From Sphagnum compactum (lineage: Eukaryota), in NCBI GenBank assembly GCA_965153455.1, contig OZ234493.1, positions 25,782,213-25,846,212 of the forward strand: a stretch of DNA of 64,000 nucleotides, written 5' to 3'. This document shows, one piece after another, positions 1 to 14,062 of the stretch (position 1 is its first letter; each line of letters starts with the position of its first letter). A program made the position numbers and the translations under genes. The notes beneath the pieces were generated by a model that saw only the letters and a list, made by a program, of their open reading frames with translations, ran no database searches and was not told where the DNA came from.

Positions 1-1369
1 AAGAGTTTTTAGTATATAATTTATAACAAAGAGATCCCATACAAAGGAAGTAACATAACATTAATCTTATTATATTTCATATGTAATTGAACATAATGAA
101 TATATAATGAATATAAATTGTATATTTTATCCAGAAATGTTTCATAATATTTTCATTTTGTGTGACGTTTAACATTAAATAGTTGAATTCAATTTTTAAA
201 TTAATCCTTACATTTTCATATGAGGATTTATGCATTACATCCCATTGAATTTGGACTTTTAAAATTATTTTTGCATGGACGATTTCTTTTATTTTAATTA
301 ATTAAATAAAAAGATACATAATCATTTTTTACCCCAACCATGAATATACGATAGATGGAATCCATGCCTTACCCATCTACCAAAAACCATAAATTTTTTA
401 TACCCGGACCTGAACTTAATGGAAAAAAAATGTTAATATATCCTAACTTTTCAGGTAAATAATTGAAAATTTTAATATATTTTAACCCTTAGATTTATTA
501 AAAACAATATATCCACACAACACTAGTTTTAACTTATTACGTTGTTATTTGTTACCTAATGGAACTATTTATTTACTGAACTATATTGCATAGGTTCACC
601 TACTTACTTACCTACTTATTTACATATTTATTGAATCGATTTATTATTCGTTTTGAATGTCATTTTGATTTTTCTTGTTGGACAAATCAATTAATCAAAA
701 CAATTATTAGAAAAATCATATTTATTTAATTATAAATATTATTTAAAATAAATAAATGTCGCATTTAATTAAAAAACATTTATTAGATGTGTCCATTTTT
801 TTGTTTTATTTGACTAAATGTCACATTTTATCAAATAATTTTAAAAGTCCATTTAGTCAATTGAATTATTCAAAACTAACATTTTCATTTTAACAATTAG
901 AGTTTTTAATTAAGTTAAACAATTTGAAAATTTATGATTTGTAGTTATGTTATGATTAAAAAACATATAAAATTAACCATTAATTCCACCTTAGGTAGGT
1001 TGTGGTAACATGTTTGCCCTCATAAATATTTGAAGTTTTGTTATTTAAAAAACATTGAAATTCAAAATCCATGACCTTTTTCCATTGTAATGAATTTTCA
1101 CTACTTTTAAAGCCTTCATAAAATACGTTGATTAATGTTGGATTTTTTTTCCATCTATTAAGGAATTATTCCATTTGCTTTCTTTGGATATTGATTTAGA
1201 ATTATATGTTGAAAAACAAATTCACCCTTCATTTTTTTTTCAATTAAAAACCATATATTTTGATTGAAAATCCAAATTTGAAACAGTGTTTTTTTATAAA
1301 AAATTTCGATTCATAAAAAATAATATCATGATTATATTAACATATTAGTTCACAAGTTGTATGACTTCT

Positions 1370-3103
1370 ATTTTTGAATCATTTCATTATAACCAATGGA
1401 TATGCATTTGACACTTTGGAACTCAATTTTGTCCTTGTTTTTGTGCCACATGAACAAATGAAACATGATAAAAAACATGCAAATGATAAATGGAAGGTTC
1501 ATTAACACATAAAACATTTTTGTGTCATGTTTGAATTGATTTTGGAAAGAATTTGATTTTGAACATATGTTATAGTTGCCACTGCTTCCATCCAAAAGCA
1601 ACATGGTTAACTTCATGTGTTGCAAGTTATAGCATGCATCACATTTTCAACAAATTTCTGATTTATTCTTTTACATATTCCATTTTGATCTAGAATGTAT
1701 GGAATGATTGATTGTTTTACTATGTTATTTTCCTTTTAAAACATATTAAATTTTTCAAAGATATGTTCTCCACCTTTATCGCATTTGATTACTTGGCACT
1801 CGTTTTTAGTTTGAATTTTCATCAAAACTTTAATATCCTTGAACATATCAAACACATCAAATTTAGTTTCCATGATGTAAAAGTATGTTTTTAAAAAAAA
1901 ATCATCAATGAAAAATAAATAAAAATCCATTCAAGAAATGTTGTTAACACAATATCACATAACTCATGATCAATTCATGTTTTGAACAAGGTTATTCATA
2001 ACTATATAAGATTATTAAACCTTGCATAGAAATGTGTCCAAATTCGTAATATTATAAATCATTTTTATTTAGTTTGGTGTTATAATTTATAACCAAAGAT
2101 TAAATAGTTTTAATCAATTTGTATAACCTTAATTTTTGAACAACTTCAATAACCATTTTGATTCAATTAGAACATTTCAATCAACATTTATTAATTTCAG
2201 ATTCTAATTTTTTTATTCTATTAATTTATAATACATATTTTGCCAACTTTGAGACATATGAAATTAAATTATCAACATTTGCAAATTTATCATCAATCAT
2301 TAAAAGTTTTGAATGCAAACCTGTGATGGCTTCCTCCATTTTAAAATTGTAAATTTTTTTATGTAATTGTAATGTATTATCAACACATCAAATGTTGCAC
2401 ATAAGTTGTTTCAAACTTATGTTTTACTTTTTGTATGTGCTACATGATGCAATAAAAATTAACTATGTTTAGGAATATTGTCCTATGAGCCAACTTGTTT
2501 TTTCACAAACATACAATGTTCACGAGTATCTCCAAGAAAAATTTCTTTAAACTCAATCGTTGGTGGTAATACCTTTTTTGAAATGATTTTTTAATAAAAT
2601 ATTTTGTGCGAGAAAATCTTTATCTTCATTTTCCAAGTATGAATATTATTTCCATTACATTTCTCAATGCTTCATTTAACATTAGAGATAGATGCCATGA
2701 TTATCATTACAACAATATAAAAAAAAAACAAAATGTTCAAAACTTCAAAACTTTTGAATGAACAATTATGGGGTGAAACACAAATTCTCCTTTTCTTCAT
2801 CAACAACCAAGTTTTGATACCATGTTGAAAATTGATTATGGATCAATGAGAGATTGGATCAATGGAAGTATAGAAATGAAAAAAAAACATAATTTACAAT
2901 AAGTTCTTCACACAATAAATTTTATAATTCATTCTTGAACTTCAATTTATTAAACAATTCCCACATCTAAACGTTACCTTCCATAATATTGCATGCACAA
3001 ACACAAGCACCAATATCCAACCTTAATTTAAATACTCTTGTAGTTTCAAAAAGTTAAGTGCATAAGCATAAATATCATAAAAACAACTTGATATGTATTA
3101 ACA
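1370..3103 (-). mobile_element. Degenerate Ty1/copia LTR retrotransposon relic (5' LTR, PBS, gag/integrase remnants)
   Basis: Minus-strand integrase remnants: KFDVFDMFKDIK...IKCDKGGEH (1736-1930, compare RSDNGGEY) and WMEAVATITYVQNQ (~1555-1595, compare FWAEAVxTAxY). tRNA-Met-type PBS TGGTATCAAAAC at 2822-2811 abuts a TG...CA LTR-like segment at ~2823-3103. Many stops and frameshifts. Confidence 0.75.
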
Positions 3104-4383
3104 TGTAACGAAATGACTCTAACAAGATTTTGGTCGCTTTCCATTACCTTGGTCTCACCACAATGTTTGATGTGCAATTCTGAAAATCACAAGCTAATGA
3201 AAAAAAACCCTTTTAAAAGATTTTTTCATCCATAGCCTAGTTGTGAACCCTCCTACTTCCCCCTTCCCTTCATAGGTAGTTTTACCAACTTTGTGTAATT
3301 CTCTACTTTCAAAGAAAGAATTGGTGCACAACAATTGGGTTCATGCACCTTTTATTGGCAATTCTCAAAAACTGGAAAATAATTCCTATTTTGACCTACC
3401 ACCATGAGTCCCAAACAAAAATCATAGAATCGATCAAAGAACCTACCTTCAATTGTGGCTCTTTATTCCTACATGAAACTTGTTAATTCTTTTGAAAATT
3501 GTCAGAAACCCAAAATCAACAATTATTTTATTCTGAATTTTTTCAAAAACCCAAGACCACAAGTTATAACAAAATCAAAGAACCACCCAAACCCGATAAC
3601 CGCTTATATAAGTGGGTAAAAATCACAATTAAATAGGTAGGTAATGTAATCAGTGGTTGCTTTATAGGTAGGCAAGTAGGTAAGGCACTTGGTAGGTAGA
3701 TGCATGTGGATGTGTAGTACATAATAGGCACATAGTATACTCATGTGGTTAGTGATAGGACATAAAGTACAAACAAACAAATGTTCCATGTCCACACAAG
3801 ATCAAGCAGTGGTTCACTCTGACCCTAATTAACAACATTGACATTTCAGTTCTCTAATGTATCTAGAGGTGCCCTGCAGAGCATAAAGCTCTGCAGCCAC
3901 CAAGCTTTTCAAAAATGGAAAGTTACATTCCAGTGGGCATTCTGTTTTGGTAAAGCCCAACGTCATACTTTCTCCATGTGACCTCTGCATCGGGAATAAA
4001 CCTACATAGGATGTAGGAACCCAACCTAACATATATGCAGATTACACAACACACGATATGTAAACTTCTCATGTGCTTCTAAGGCTGGCAATAAGTTTGC
4101 AAAATTCTTCTAAAGTTAGTCCCGTACAAACAATCATATCCAAAAACATGAAGATAACAAGAAAACAATTTCATAAGAGTCAAGTGGCCTCTCATTTAGA
4201 AAATTTCCTTGCTACACAAAAATGCAAGGACAAGTCAAGACATGCTGTGTCACACACAGACCACTCCACTACTCCAATTAGATCTGACAGGAACATTTTG
4301 ATCTCATCAGACAGTGAATGAATGTCAAGAAGAGATGGAGTATACCTGTACGGATGACCATCTCTGTGCCCTATGATCTCGGT

Positions 4384-6511
4384 CTATCTGACAGGCTGTT
4401 GGTTGTAGTGAGTCTTCTCTTTTTTCTTTGCTGCAGCAAGCCTAACTGCCCGAGCAGCTGCTTCACTTGCTGCTGCCTTCGCTGCTGCATCTGCATCTTT
4501 CATGGACTTTTTCTTCTTCAGGGTTGCTAACCGCCGCAGTACTTCTTTGGGATCAGTTGTAACAGCATCACCCAGGTCTGCTACTGAACTATCTTCTTCT
4601 CTTATTCCTGCTTCACTACTTGGCGTCAAAGGAACATCAGCATCCTTGAATGACTTTTCCTTCTTTGCCTTTCGCCTCTTTGAGCTCTTACTTCCCACTG
4701 GTGAAGGACATTCCCCTCCAGTCTGTTTATTCTCAGGTTCTTCATTATTTTCGTCAAAAATCTCATCCCCCTTCTTTGGATAGGCAGTAGGGGTAGAACC
4801 TGCACAGCTCATAATCATTCATCAACATGTGAGAACTTGTAACAGATTGATTTAGGAGTTTCTCCAAAATTTAGGTCATTCCCTGTTCCTAGACCTCTGA
4901 CAACCATGTTTTGGAATTGAAGCAATGATGCAGCCTGCTCATGAGGAGCAATGACAGCACCTCTACAGACAAACAAAGCACAGAAGACAAAAGAATTCTA
5001 TGTCAGAATCTTGCAAATATGCAAATCGTCAGAGAACTGATGTCACATGTGTACCATTCTCATCTGTTCGTGAGAGGCCAAACTCAGCAAGCACTGCTTC
5101 AAGCTCAGCAAGCCCCTTTTTCTTCAACTCCTTCTTTGAAAGCTGTCGGTCTGGCTTCTTTTCTAGTGCAGGCATCTCCATGTTTCCTGCACTAGTCCCT
5201 GATAACTCTCCATTCTCCTCACTCTCCTTGTCATTGTCAAGGTCGTCTTCAAATCCTTGTTCTTCCTCCTCACCTTCATCATCTTCACTTCCCTGCTATG
5301 GCAACAATTAACAGTGAAACACTATATGAGCAAGCTAAACCCTAAACCCTTACTCCATGGTGCAAACATAAGCTAAAGATTGACATTCAAAACCAACCAA
5401 ATACAGACCAAAATTTTCTCCGCAAGATGCAAAACTCCTAACAGCTTCTATAAGAGAGATATGGATGGAACAGAGATTACAGGAAAACACAACCAGGTGC
5501 AGGATTCAGAGCTCTGAAGCCTTGCAAATGAGATATGATAAATTCAGAAAAGAGATCAGTGCTGCAATTGCAATCTTGTCCATTCTAAGTACACTGTCAA
5601 AGTGCAGATGGCTGTAACTAGCAGCAGCTTCACAGAAAAAACAATTTGTGATACACTAGGTGAACTGCTGATGCATCTGCAGCCACAAGAGCCAAGCCAA
5701 CATGACTCTTCTCCCTACTATCACAATCAAGCAAAGACGAGCAATGGTGGCACACGAAATTCTGAAATGAATTTAGGATATAGTCTAAGATTGTGGCGGG
5801 TGAATCAGATGCCATTTATGTTTCTGGTTACCTAGTTCTTGCAGATTCTTCTATTTTCTAAGGCCCAGAACCATGTCAAAACCTCCAACCACATATAGCA
5901 GCAAACCCACAATCTGCATGGCGAATTCTATCTGCAGCAATTTTTCACAATTCAGTTCAGGGTACAAAATAGATAGCGTCAAAATCAAATGTTATCCAGG
6001 AGGAAATCCTTGCATTCGGAAGAGCTCTCTATGATGTCTTTCTGGAAAGCTTAGAAGCTTATCGTGTCTCTGAGAGATGATGTCATTCTGGAAGCTTGGA
6101 AGCTTATCCTGTCTCTGTGTCATGTTAATAGGGAAGCTGTAACGAAGAGGAATAGCGTACCTCTTCTTGGTTCAATCTGATTTCAGGATCTGTATGAGTG
6201 AGCTCGGGGGAGTGTTCTTCGGGAGGGGGCGCAGTAGTGGCGTAATAATCCTCGTCGTCGTCGTCGCAATCTGCCCAGGACTTCACCGTCACTTGAGACG
6301 GCGCCCAAAACTGCACGGGCTCGGTAATAAGATTCTCCGGCTCGCTCTTGCTAGCGGGCTGCTTCTCCTTTGACTCGTCCTTCTTCTTCTTACTGGACTT
6401 GCTGCTACGGCGGCGGCTTTCGAGCGCAGCAAAGATGTTAGTAGTGCTCAGAAGAGCCGCCGACGATCCATCGTCTCCTCTTCTCGTCCCTCCTCCTCCT
6501 CCTCCGACCAT
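4384..6511 (-). CDS. Conserved plant acidic/lysine-rich protein of unknown function (resembles the Arabidopsis At4g32610-type family); CDS exons 6511-6161, 5292-5055, 4799-4384
   Basis: Motifs MVGGGG..R.D.GS, TNIFAALESRR, QFWAPSQVTVKSWADCDDDDEDYYATTAPP, DRQLSKKELKKKGLAELEAVLAEFG and a C-terminal AAAKKKEKTHYNQQPVR*. GT-AG junctions are phase-compatible (0, 1). Confidence 0.85.
6031..6117. repeat. Two-copy ~45-bp tandem duplication in intron 1
   Basis: atgatgtc(t/a)ttctgg(a)aagctt(a/g)gaagcttatc(g/c)tgtctctg occurs twice in tandem. Confidence 0.8.
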
Positions 6512-7451
6512 CCCTATATCCTCCACAACGTTAACAATTTCCCCCCGATCTTGCTTATCTGCAATAGGCCTCCTTACCACAAAAGCGCCTTCCCTGACAG
6601 ATAAAGACCTACCAGATCCACGATACTGCGTGCTTCAAACAGGTATCAAAGCTCAGACACCGATCCAGCAATCTCCGTGTTCACATCAAAAGCACGATTA
6701 CTAGTCTGTGTGTGTGGATCTCTCTCTCTTTCTCTCTCTCGCTGGTTTTTCCGACGTGCCGAAATCTCTGAACAAAAACAGAGTGAAGAAGCAAAGCTCT
6801 CCGACAATTCAATGTTTCTTGGGACGAGTAGGCTACTTGGAATGGCCGGCGACAAGTATCTTGAACCAGAGACAAACGGCTGGAATCCTCAATGAACAGG
6901 GGAGAGAGAAGAGAGATTCTTCGCTGCTGTCGAACAGATGGAGATTCTACGACCTACGCGTAAACCTTGGCAGCAGCAGGACGGAAGGAAGCAGCCACGG
7001 CGCCGGCCGTCAATGGGACGGCGAAAGACGACGGCGCACAGGGACGAAGACCATGCGTAGCGCGGTCGAGAACTCTTTCTGGGAGTCAGGACAGACGCGC
7101 GTTCATAATTGGGCAACGCGATTAGCCGTCCAATGGAAACAGACGGTTCAGGATCAGGAAAAAAACTGACGCGGGAGCGTGGTTTGGGGTGGGCGGGGTG
7201 TGCACTTCTCTGGCAACCCCGCGGGAATCTGCGCGGGTGCAGTGACGCCTTCTCTCTCGTTGGCTATCTATATTCAGATTGTGATAGATAACGGAGCTTT
7301 TATTATTATTATTATTATTGTTTACTTTTCTTTTCTTTTTTTAAAAAAACCCTGTCAAACTTCATAAAAAGAAAGCACCCAAGAAAGGGAGAGAAAAAGA
7401 AACAAAGCTATTTTACTTTTATGGAATTTGTTTCTGATAATTAAAGTGGCC

Positions 7452-8102
7452 GACCAGAGTGAACCAGTCCCCCACCGGCTGTAGTGTGCAGAATGGATGA
7501 TGTGTGGATGGAATAGGAAACATTTTTTTCATTGTATTCCTGGACCATTAGCTACCCACGGTGGTTAACTAATGCATCAACCATCTACTTGACCCTAGTA
7601 GTGTAGGGTGAGTGAGTAAGTATGTAACAAAAAAGAATGGGAAGCAACTGTCCCCAACTCACAATGTCCATTACCATAATCAGGTTGTATAGAACTATAG
7701 CACCAGTGAGCACCTTACTATGTATCAAACTATAGCACCAGTAAGCACCTTAATATCTTCTGCACCTTAGTATTAAGAAGATGACAATAATGTAATATCC
7801 CCATGTCACAAAAATCATATATATTAATTTAGTAAGTCTATCTGTGACGGAGGTTTTGGGGGGTGGGGGAGGGAGAGGCCGGTGAAGCAGCGGGTGACAG
7901 GGCTTGGTAATGAGGCGAAGGGGGGGGCCAGCACGGGGCGGGAAGTTAATTATATATAATAGGGGAACGGGGGGGATCATCGGAGTGGAAAATGCGAAGG
8001 AGGGGGGAGGGGTCAAGGGGGTAAAGAACCAGAGTGGGCAATGGGAAGGACTGGGCGGGGGGGAGCTCAACGGGTGCATTATGCACCGGGTTCACACTAG
8101 TC
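7452..8102. mobile_element. Non-autonomous TIR element of the 'ccagagtgaacc...ggttcactctgg' family
   Basis: gaccagagtgaacc at 7452 versus the inverted gactagtgtgaacc ending at 8102 (12/14). The same terminus occurs at ~3811, 55776 and 59800. No TSD seen. Confidence 0.4.
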
Positions 8103-8199
8103 CAGATCGATGGCTGGAACCATCGTAGGGGAGACAAAAAGGGAAGGCCAAAAATAGGTCAAAAGACGCACAACACACAAGAACCAAAAAAAAGGGAGA

Positions 8200-9840
8200 G
8201 CTAGTCGCTCTTGGTGTAGGAAGCTATTTCACCCATAGCCCTTCTAATGTCACCTTCATGCAAATCGTGATATCTAATAGTAATGGGAGATTTAGAACAA
8301 GCATCATCCACCAATGTAATCTTCCTTTCTATAGTAAAAACTAAAACACACTGAAGAGCAATATTAACATGTTGCTTAAAAACTGAATGTAAAAAAAAAA
8401 GGATAAATGACTTTTTGATTGTCTATCGTGGAAAAGACATGCACGTTCCCTAATGAAACGATTCATATCACACCCAGGTACACGATGCACCTCCATGGCC
8501 ATCGAAATAAAGTGGTGCCTTTCATAAGCCTTCTATACTTGCAAATTTTTATGATGGCACTAAGTTTCACAGCTGCACTTGCTAGTCAACTAATGACACT
8601 TGCAACCACCATTTCTTACATCAGTTCAATAACCCTCACATTGGCAACGAAAACCTGGTCCTCTCGAACCATGTAAAGATCGGCTCGAAGTGAAAATCCT
8701 AACACAAAGGCATACCACCATTATCTCCATACAATGTGCACACTCTTTCAAACAAAAACATACATGATGTCTTAGATGGCGTCATGTGTGGCTATCCGTT
8801 GACCTCCAAATGGGCAATGAATTAAGTGTGTGTGAGATGTGTCCAACTCGTGTCCACATTCACATGATGCCGAAAGCTGAATCAAATCAAAACGAAAATG
8901 CAACGCTAGGGTGAAAGTAAAGTGTGTGATACAAAATGAACGTTTAGATGGCTTAGTAACCAACCATAACCTTGTTCCCTTTCTCGAATAAAAACGAATG
9001 CGCCAATAATTGCCAGACTTTCAAAAGAAGGGTGCATCTCCCTAACTATAGGAAGAAAGCCATCTTGCGTTACATGTAAACATGACTAAAGTAGGTGTGG
9101 GCCCCCTTAACCTAAAACACATACTCCTCCAAAATAGGTCTATCAAAAATACGAAACCTAAAACACAAATACAGAGCCACCAAAACCCAACTCCTTAGAA
9201 AAACATATGTGGCACAATCTTCCATAGAGAGAGGGCCTATACCACCAAAAGATATCAATAGTCAAGCTTGACACCTTGCTAAAGGGCCCTGAAAAGACTC
9301 TCACAACCCTGGACCCATAATGTCCCCACATACCTACATAACTCTCTTGTCAAAACCCGTTAAAAGAGATAGGAAGGAAGGAGGTATTGTTCATGTGAGA
9401 TAAAAAGGTTGATGAGCTACACATGAAGACAAAATGTCCAAAGCAACTTGGGTGTTTCCTAGGAGAGGAAGATCATTGATATGTGCCATGTCTTGAAATA
9501 AAACCTCATTCAAAAAATGCGTGGTAAAGTCTTGAGAACCCATTGGCACACCCAAAATGTGTAAACCATATGTGACCAAAGTGCAATCCTAAATAATATC
9601 TATGCTTGGAAAGAACCCCGATGGACTCCAAAGCTTGCACTTTGAAACCTTGACCTTAAGTCCAATTAAAGTTAACTGGGTCGAAAGGTGGTCAAAGGCG
9701 TAGGTAATTTCACTCATAGGCCATACGATGTGGGTATCATCCACTAGGGATGGAAATACGCAACTAAGGGTTTGTGTGATGGTCTCTAGGATAATGAACC
9801 AATTGTAAAATGCTTTAAAACTTATTGGCCCAATTATCAT
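8200..9840 (-). mobile_element. Degenerate non-LTR retrotransposon with RT and C-terminal restriction-like endonuclease (CRE/SLACS-like)
   Basis: RT remnants SLVDDTHIV (YADD-like) and GLHILGVPMGS; zinc knuckle CECGHELD...HLIHC..GGQRIATHDAI; RLE-like GFSLRADLYMVRED..FVANV near 8700-8640. Fragmented. Confidence 0.75.
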
Positions 9841-12542
9841 AAACCTATTTACTTTGCATCCAAATTACCCAATCATGTTCCAAATTACAATCATGATCAA
9901 AATACATTTTGATTTGTTTAAAATTTTCAATTCAAACTTTTTAAAAAATTACATTATAACCTTTTGTAATTTGGTTGAATCCTATATTGTAATTTGGTTG
10001 AAATTATTTTTTGTAATTTAGCTGACTTTTTAGTGACAAAGAGTATTCAAAATTCAATATCTCTTGCATCTAAGGTTTAAAATTACAAAATCTCCTCCAT
10101 AAAATTCAACTCATTTGGCACTTTCCAAGATCACCAAAAGCCATCATAGATTCCCTCTAATTTTTACTTTTGATTTTGTTGGATGTTCACTGACATCATT
10201 GTTCAACATTGTAAACAAATTACATTTCTTAATCTTTAAACATTAAATGAACCCAATATGCATTGCTTTTCAGTTTGAATTCTCATTGTCTTGAGGTTTC
10301 AGGGTTAATAGATTAAATAGGGATAGAATACTCTCCAATGTTAACACGACTTTCTTGAATGAAGGCCCTGTGCCACAGCAAGAAAAGTTGGTTCCACCAA
10401 CTTTTTCAAGACTCACATGTGAACATGTCAACCATGGAGAAATTTGTTGTTTAGGAAAGCATGTCTGCAGTGTACTTCTACCATAGAAAGTAAAATTTGG
10501 CCCACATTCTAAAGCTAACAATGAATGATGAGAAGCTTGTCTGCATGCACAAATTGATAGCATGATTAAGAAATCCAAATGCTGGGCTACACCACCAAAA
10601 ATGCATGTCTTACAAGAATGAATATCATTGCTATGACAGCTGGGTTGACAGACGGGATTGATGACATTTTACCATGCATAAAACTTCCTCTATCTGCTTT
10701 GGGGTCAGAACAGTACCCTGCATACACTTGCAGATTTTCATCACCAAAAAAAATCACTATCTTCCTCACAGGGCAGTTGCATTAGTTCTAAGGACATGGA
10801 TTTAACCAGCCCATCCTGAAACAGGGGCCAGTCAGATAAAACACATGGTAGATTCTAAAGCTTGGTGATATGGTAGCCTACAACATTGAAGGAAAGCTCC
10901 AAAACTTATGAACCACAAATACCTTGCTCGATAAGAAACATGATGAGCAAAGGTCACTATGTGCCCCAGGAATTGCCACTTGTCTCAATCCCCTGAGGAC
11001 AACTGCTGTAGATAGGATATCCTCAACAGTTGATGTGGCAGCAAAAGTCTCCTGCACCATTTGAGCGCTAATTTTAGCACATGCACAGCAACTCTTCACC
11101 CAAACTTAAGAATTTTCAGAGCCAAGTCAGGAGTGCACAAAGCAACTTTGTGTAGCACCAACTTGGCCATGTGATAGAGCCCCCATTGAACCATGCTGAA
11201 CATTAAAGAAGGAGAAACAGCTGGATGTGTTATGTGTAAGGCACTTTTTCCTGGGACAATCCACAAGTATGGCAAATGTCTTAGTGACCTAAACCTCTTC
11301 TGGGGAATCAGGACTGCAATCTACTGTAACAACTCTAAGCTCAAATGATCCCCACGACCCCCACATCCAGAACACCAACCAATGGAACTCCACATTCCCC
11401 AAAGGTAGTGTCGGCAACCCAGTAACTCTGAAAATTCATCCTCCAATTCTTGTGATTACACCCAAGTGGCCAACGTATCCCCACTTCCAATCTTAAAAGG
11501 AAGAGTAACCACAATGGATAAACTAAAAGTGAAGGTGAAGAACCTGTATCCTCAAGCACATGCATGCATGCTAGCCATAGGTTTACTTGCTTGTGTCATA
11601 CACCAACACGGCAAGAACAGTAGCGCAACAATGGCAGGAGTGAAGAGAGCAGAAACCCCATCCATCAGTAAGATGATCTCAATCACCCATCCACCGGCCA
11701 ATCATGTGTCATGACAGCTGATCAATGATTAAAGTCCCCTGAGGCTCTAAATTGATGTCCAGCAAAAAATTCATTCCTTCACTCAGAGTACCTGGATCCA
11801 TGCCTAGCCCCAAACCCCTGAAAGAGAGACACAATTTTGTCAACTTGCAGATGAGTTTCCTATTGCTAGAGTTCCCCGAGATGTATATAACCTGGTGGAG
11901 CTAAAACACCCACAAATGCATGATTGTTTCAGGACCTCCTGCCACCTGTACTGAAACTACTTCATTTTGGGCAAATGAATTAGTGTCAACAGCCCCTGTT
12001 ATCTGTGCTTAACCTATGTTTTTTCAAGGGATGACATGAACACAGAGCATGAGGAACGCTCCAATTATCAATACCAGTGTAATAGGAGATAGACAGCAGA
12101 AAGGAAAGACAATAATAACTTCACAATCTGAGCAGGAATGCCAACCTTCAGAAAACTTTCAGCAGACTATAGTAATATGCCAAAAATCAATCCACAAATA
12201 ATGAAAACCTCCCACAACTATAAGCTGTCTCATTCGCAAGTGCACAAAACACCCTAATTTTATTAACTAAAAGATACAGGATAAAAGAGCCAAAGATGGG
12301 GGCAAAGGTTGGAGTGGGTAACCGATCTTGCTTACCAAATGAGAGTCTAAGCAGGCTATACAGGAGATCACAAATATAAAAAGCCACAGAGAAACAAACA
12401 GAACAGACAGAGAGGGAGAGAAGGACCTTGCACCCTGCAGAAGGGAAGTACATAACCAGGGGCAGCCCATCACCATGGACTAGAATGGGGGGAAGACTAC
12501 ACAATATAGTATCTGGTCTAATCCTCAGATGAGATGAAGCTG

Positions 12543-14062
12543 CTAAATTTGGGAAGCAGTAGCCAGACGACTGGCAGGTCGTTGAAGCCCCTTTGAGTTG
12601 GGTGGAGACATTGGAGAGCCCTGTTTAGCCAATTGTTTCCGTTTCTCCTCTCGCTTCAATCTACGCTCCTGCTCGAGCTCCTCTTTCCAGAGCCTTTGAC
12701 GCTCACGACGAGGGCTTGGTAGCGGTTGCTGTGCGTCATTAATAAGACCTTTCCATTCATTCAACCTTTGCTGACGGAATTTCCAAAAGAGGGGAACAAT
12801 TGACACTGGGAGAAGGTGCTCCAGTTCCACTGGTGCTCCCAGAACTCACGCTCGTCTCACTCTCTTGGCTGCTTCTCATTCCAATTGACCTTCCACTGAG
12901 ACCGCCCGGTGATTTGCTGGGGCTGTGCGTTTGTTGTTTCGCAATAGCAGGGTTCAAAGGTGCAATAAAGCTCTCTGGAGGCCCAGTTGATGCAGGAATT
13001 TCTGAGCTCCTCATTGAGGTCTCATAAAGTTCCTCATAGAGTGGTGTCCGGAGCCTTTTGAGCTCCAAAGCCTTCTCATCCAAGAAGGCACGAATCTTGG
13101 ATTCTGTCACTTCATCTTCCTCCTGCTGCTGCACAGACCATCCCCTCTCCCCGAGACTATGCTCACATTCTGGGGTCCCCATGCTTGCAAGATCTCCATT
13201 AGCAACAGGTCCTCCTACAGAGAACCCTCCATTCGCTGTCAGATGAAGCCTCCAGTTGTTGCCATCCACAAATGAGGGCTCTGACACCGGGTTCTAGCTT
13301 TCATTCCAAGTATCATGTTGGATAGAATCAAACCTTACAGAGTCCAACCTCACAGAACAATTAAGGTCGTCCATGTCTGAATTCCCAACCCTTCTGGAAG
13401 CCCCAGTTGATGTTATCAGAATTCTTCACCGAGTATGGGGAGCCTCTGAAAGAAAAGGATGAACCCATCCCAAGCACCCCAGTTGGCTTCCAGCTGTCCT
13501 GGCCAACCTGTCTCCATGTACCTTTCACAGATCGCAATTCTTTGTTTCCCCTATTTGCCTGCTGCTGCTGCAAATGACCATCAGCTGCGGCTTGTTGTTG
13601 TATGTCCTCAGAATCATCTAATCCTCCTTGATTCTCACAGGTGAGAACAAAGGTATGCTTCAGAAGCTCAGTTGCACTAGGCCTCAGTGTGGGCTCCATC
13701 TGGAGACACTTGAGGAGAAAATCCTTGCCTTGATGAGAAAGATGCTTAGGGGTGAGAGGGTGTGATTTGTAGTTCCAATGTGGAACAATGCAGCTACCTC
13801 TTGGAACTGCTGGCTCCAGGGAGGTTTACCAGTCGCCATTTCAATCACAGTGCAGCCAACACTCCACATATCAGCAGCCTGCCAGTTATGAACCGTCTGA
13901 CGAATGACCTCCGGAGCCATGCAGTAAGGGGTGCCTTTCATGGACTTGGCTTCAGAAATGGTTGCAAGTTTAACCACCTTTTTGGATGCACCAAAGTCTG
14001 CAAGCTTGATATATCCCTTGTTATCAACCAGGATGTTTGCCCCTTTGATTGATGTCACGATG
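12543..14062 (-). pseudogene. 5'-truncated NPK1/ANP-type MAPKKK pseudogene (intronless)
   Basis: HRDI (14062) + extra aatc + [21 protein letters not shown]...KGTPY.MAPEVI...[26 protein letters not shown]-terminal ESKIRAFLDEKALELKRLRTPLYEE and RERQRLWKEELEQE. Frameshifts near 14050, 13766, ~13400 and ~12765; stop at 13296-13294. The kinase N-lobe is absent. Confidence 0.9.

Noticed and set aside
6646-7367. Overlapping ORFs upstream of the 4384-6511 gene
   Set aside because: This is a GC-rich promoter/5' UTR with CT/GA repeats, and the ORFs show no homology. An E2F-like ATTCCCGC near 7222 (minus strand) is too weak to call.
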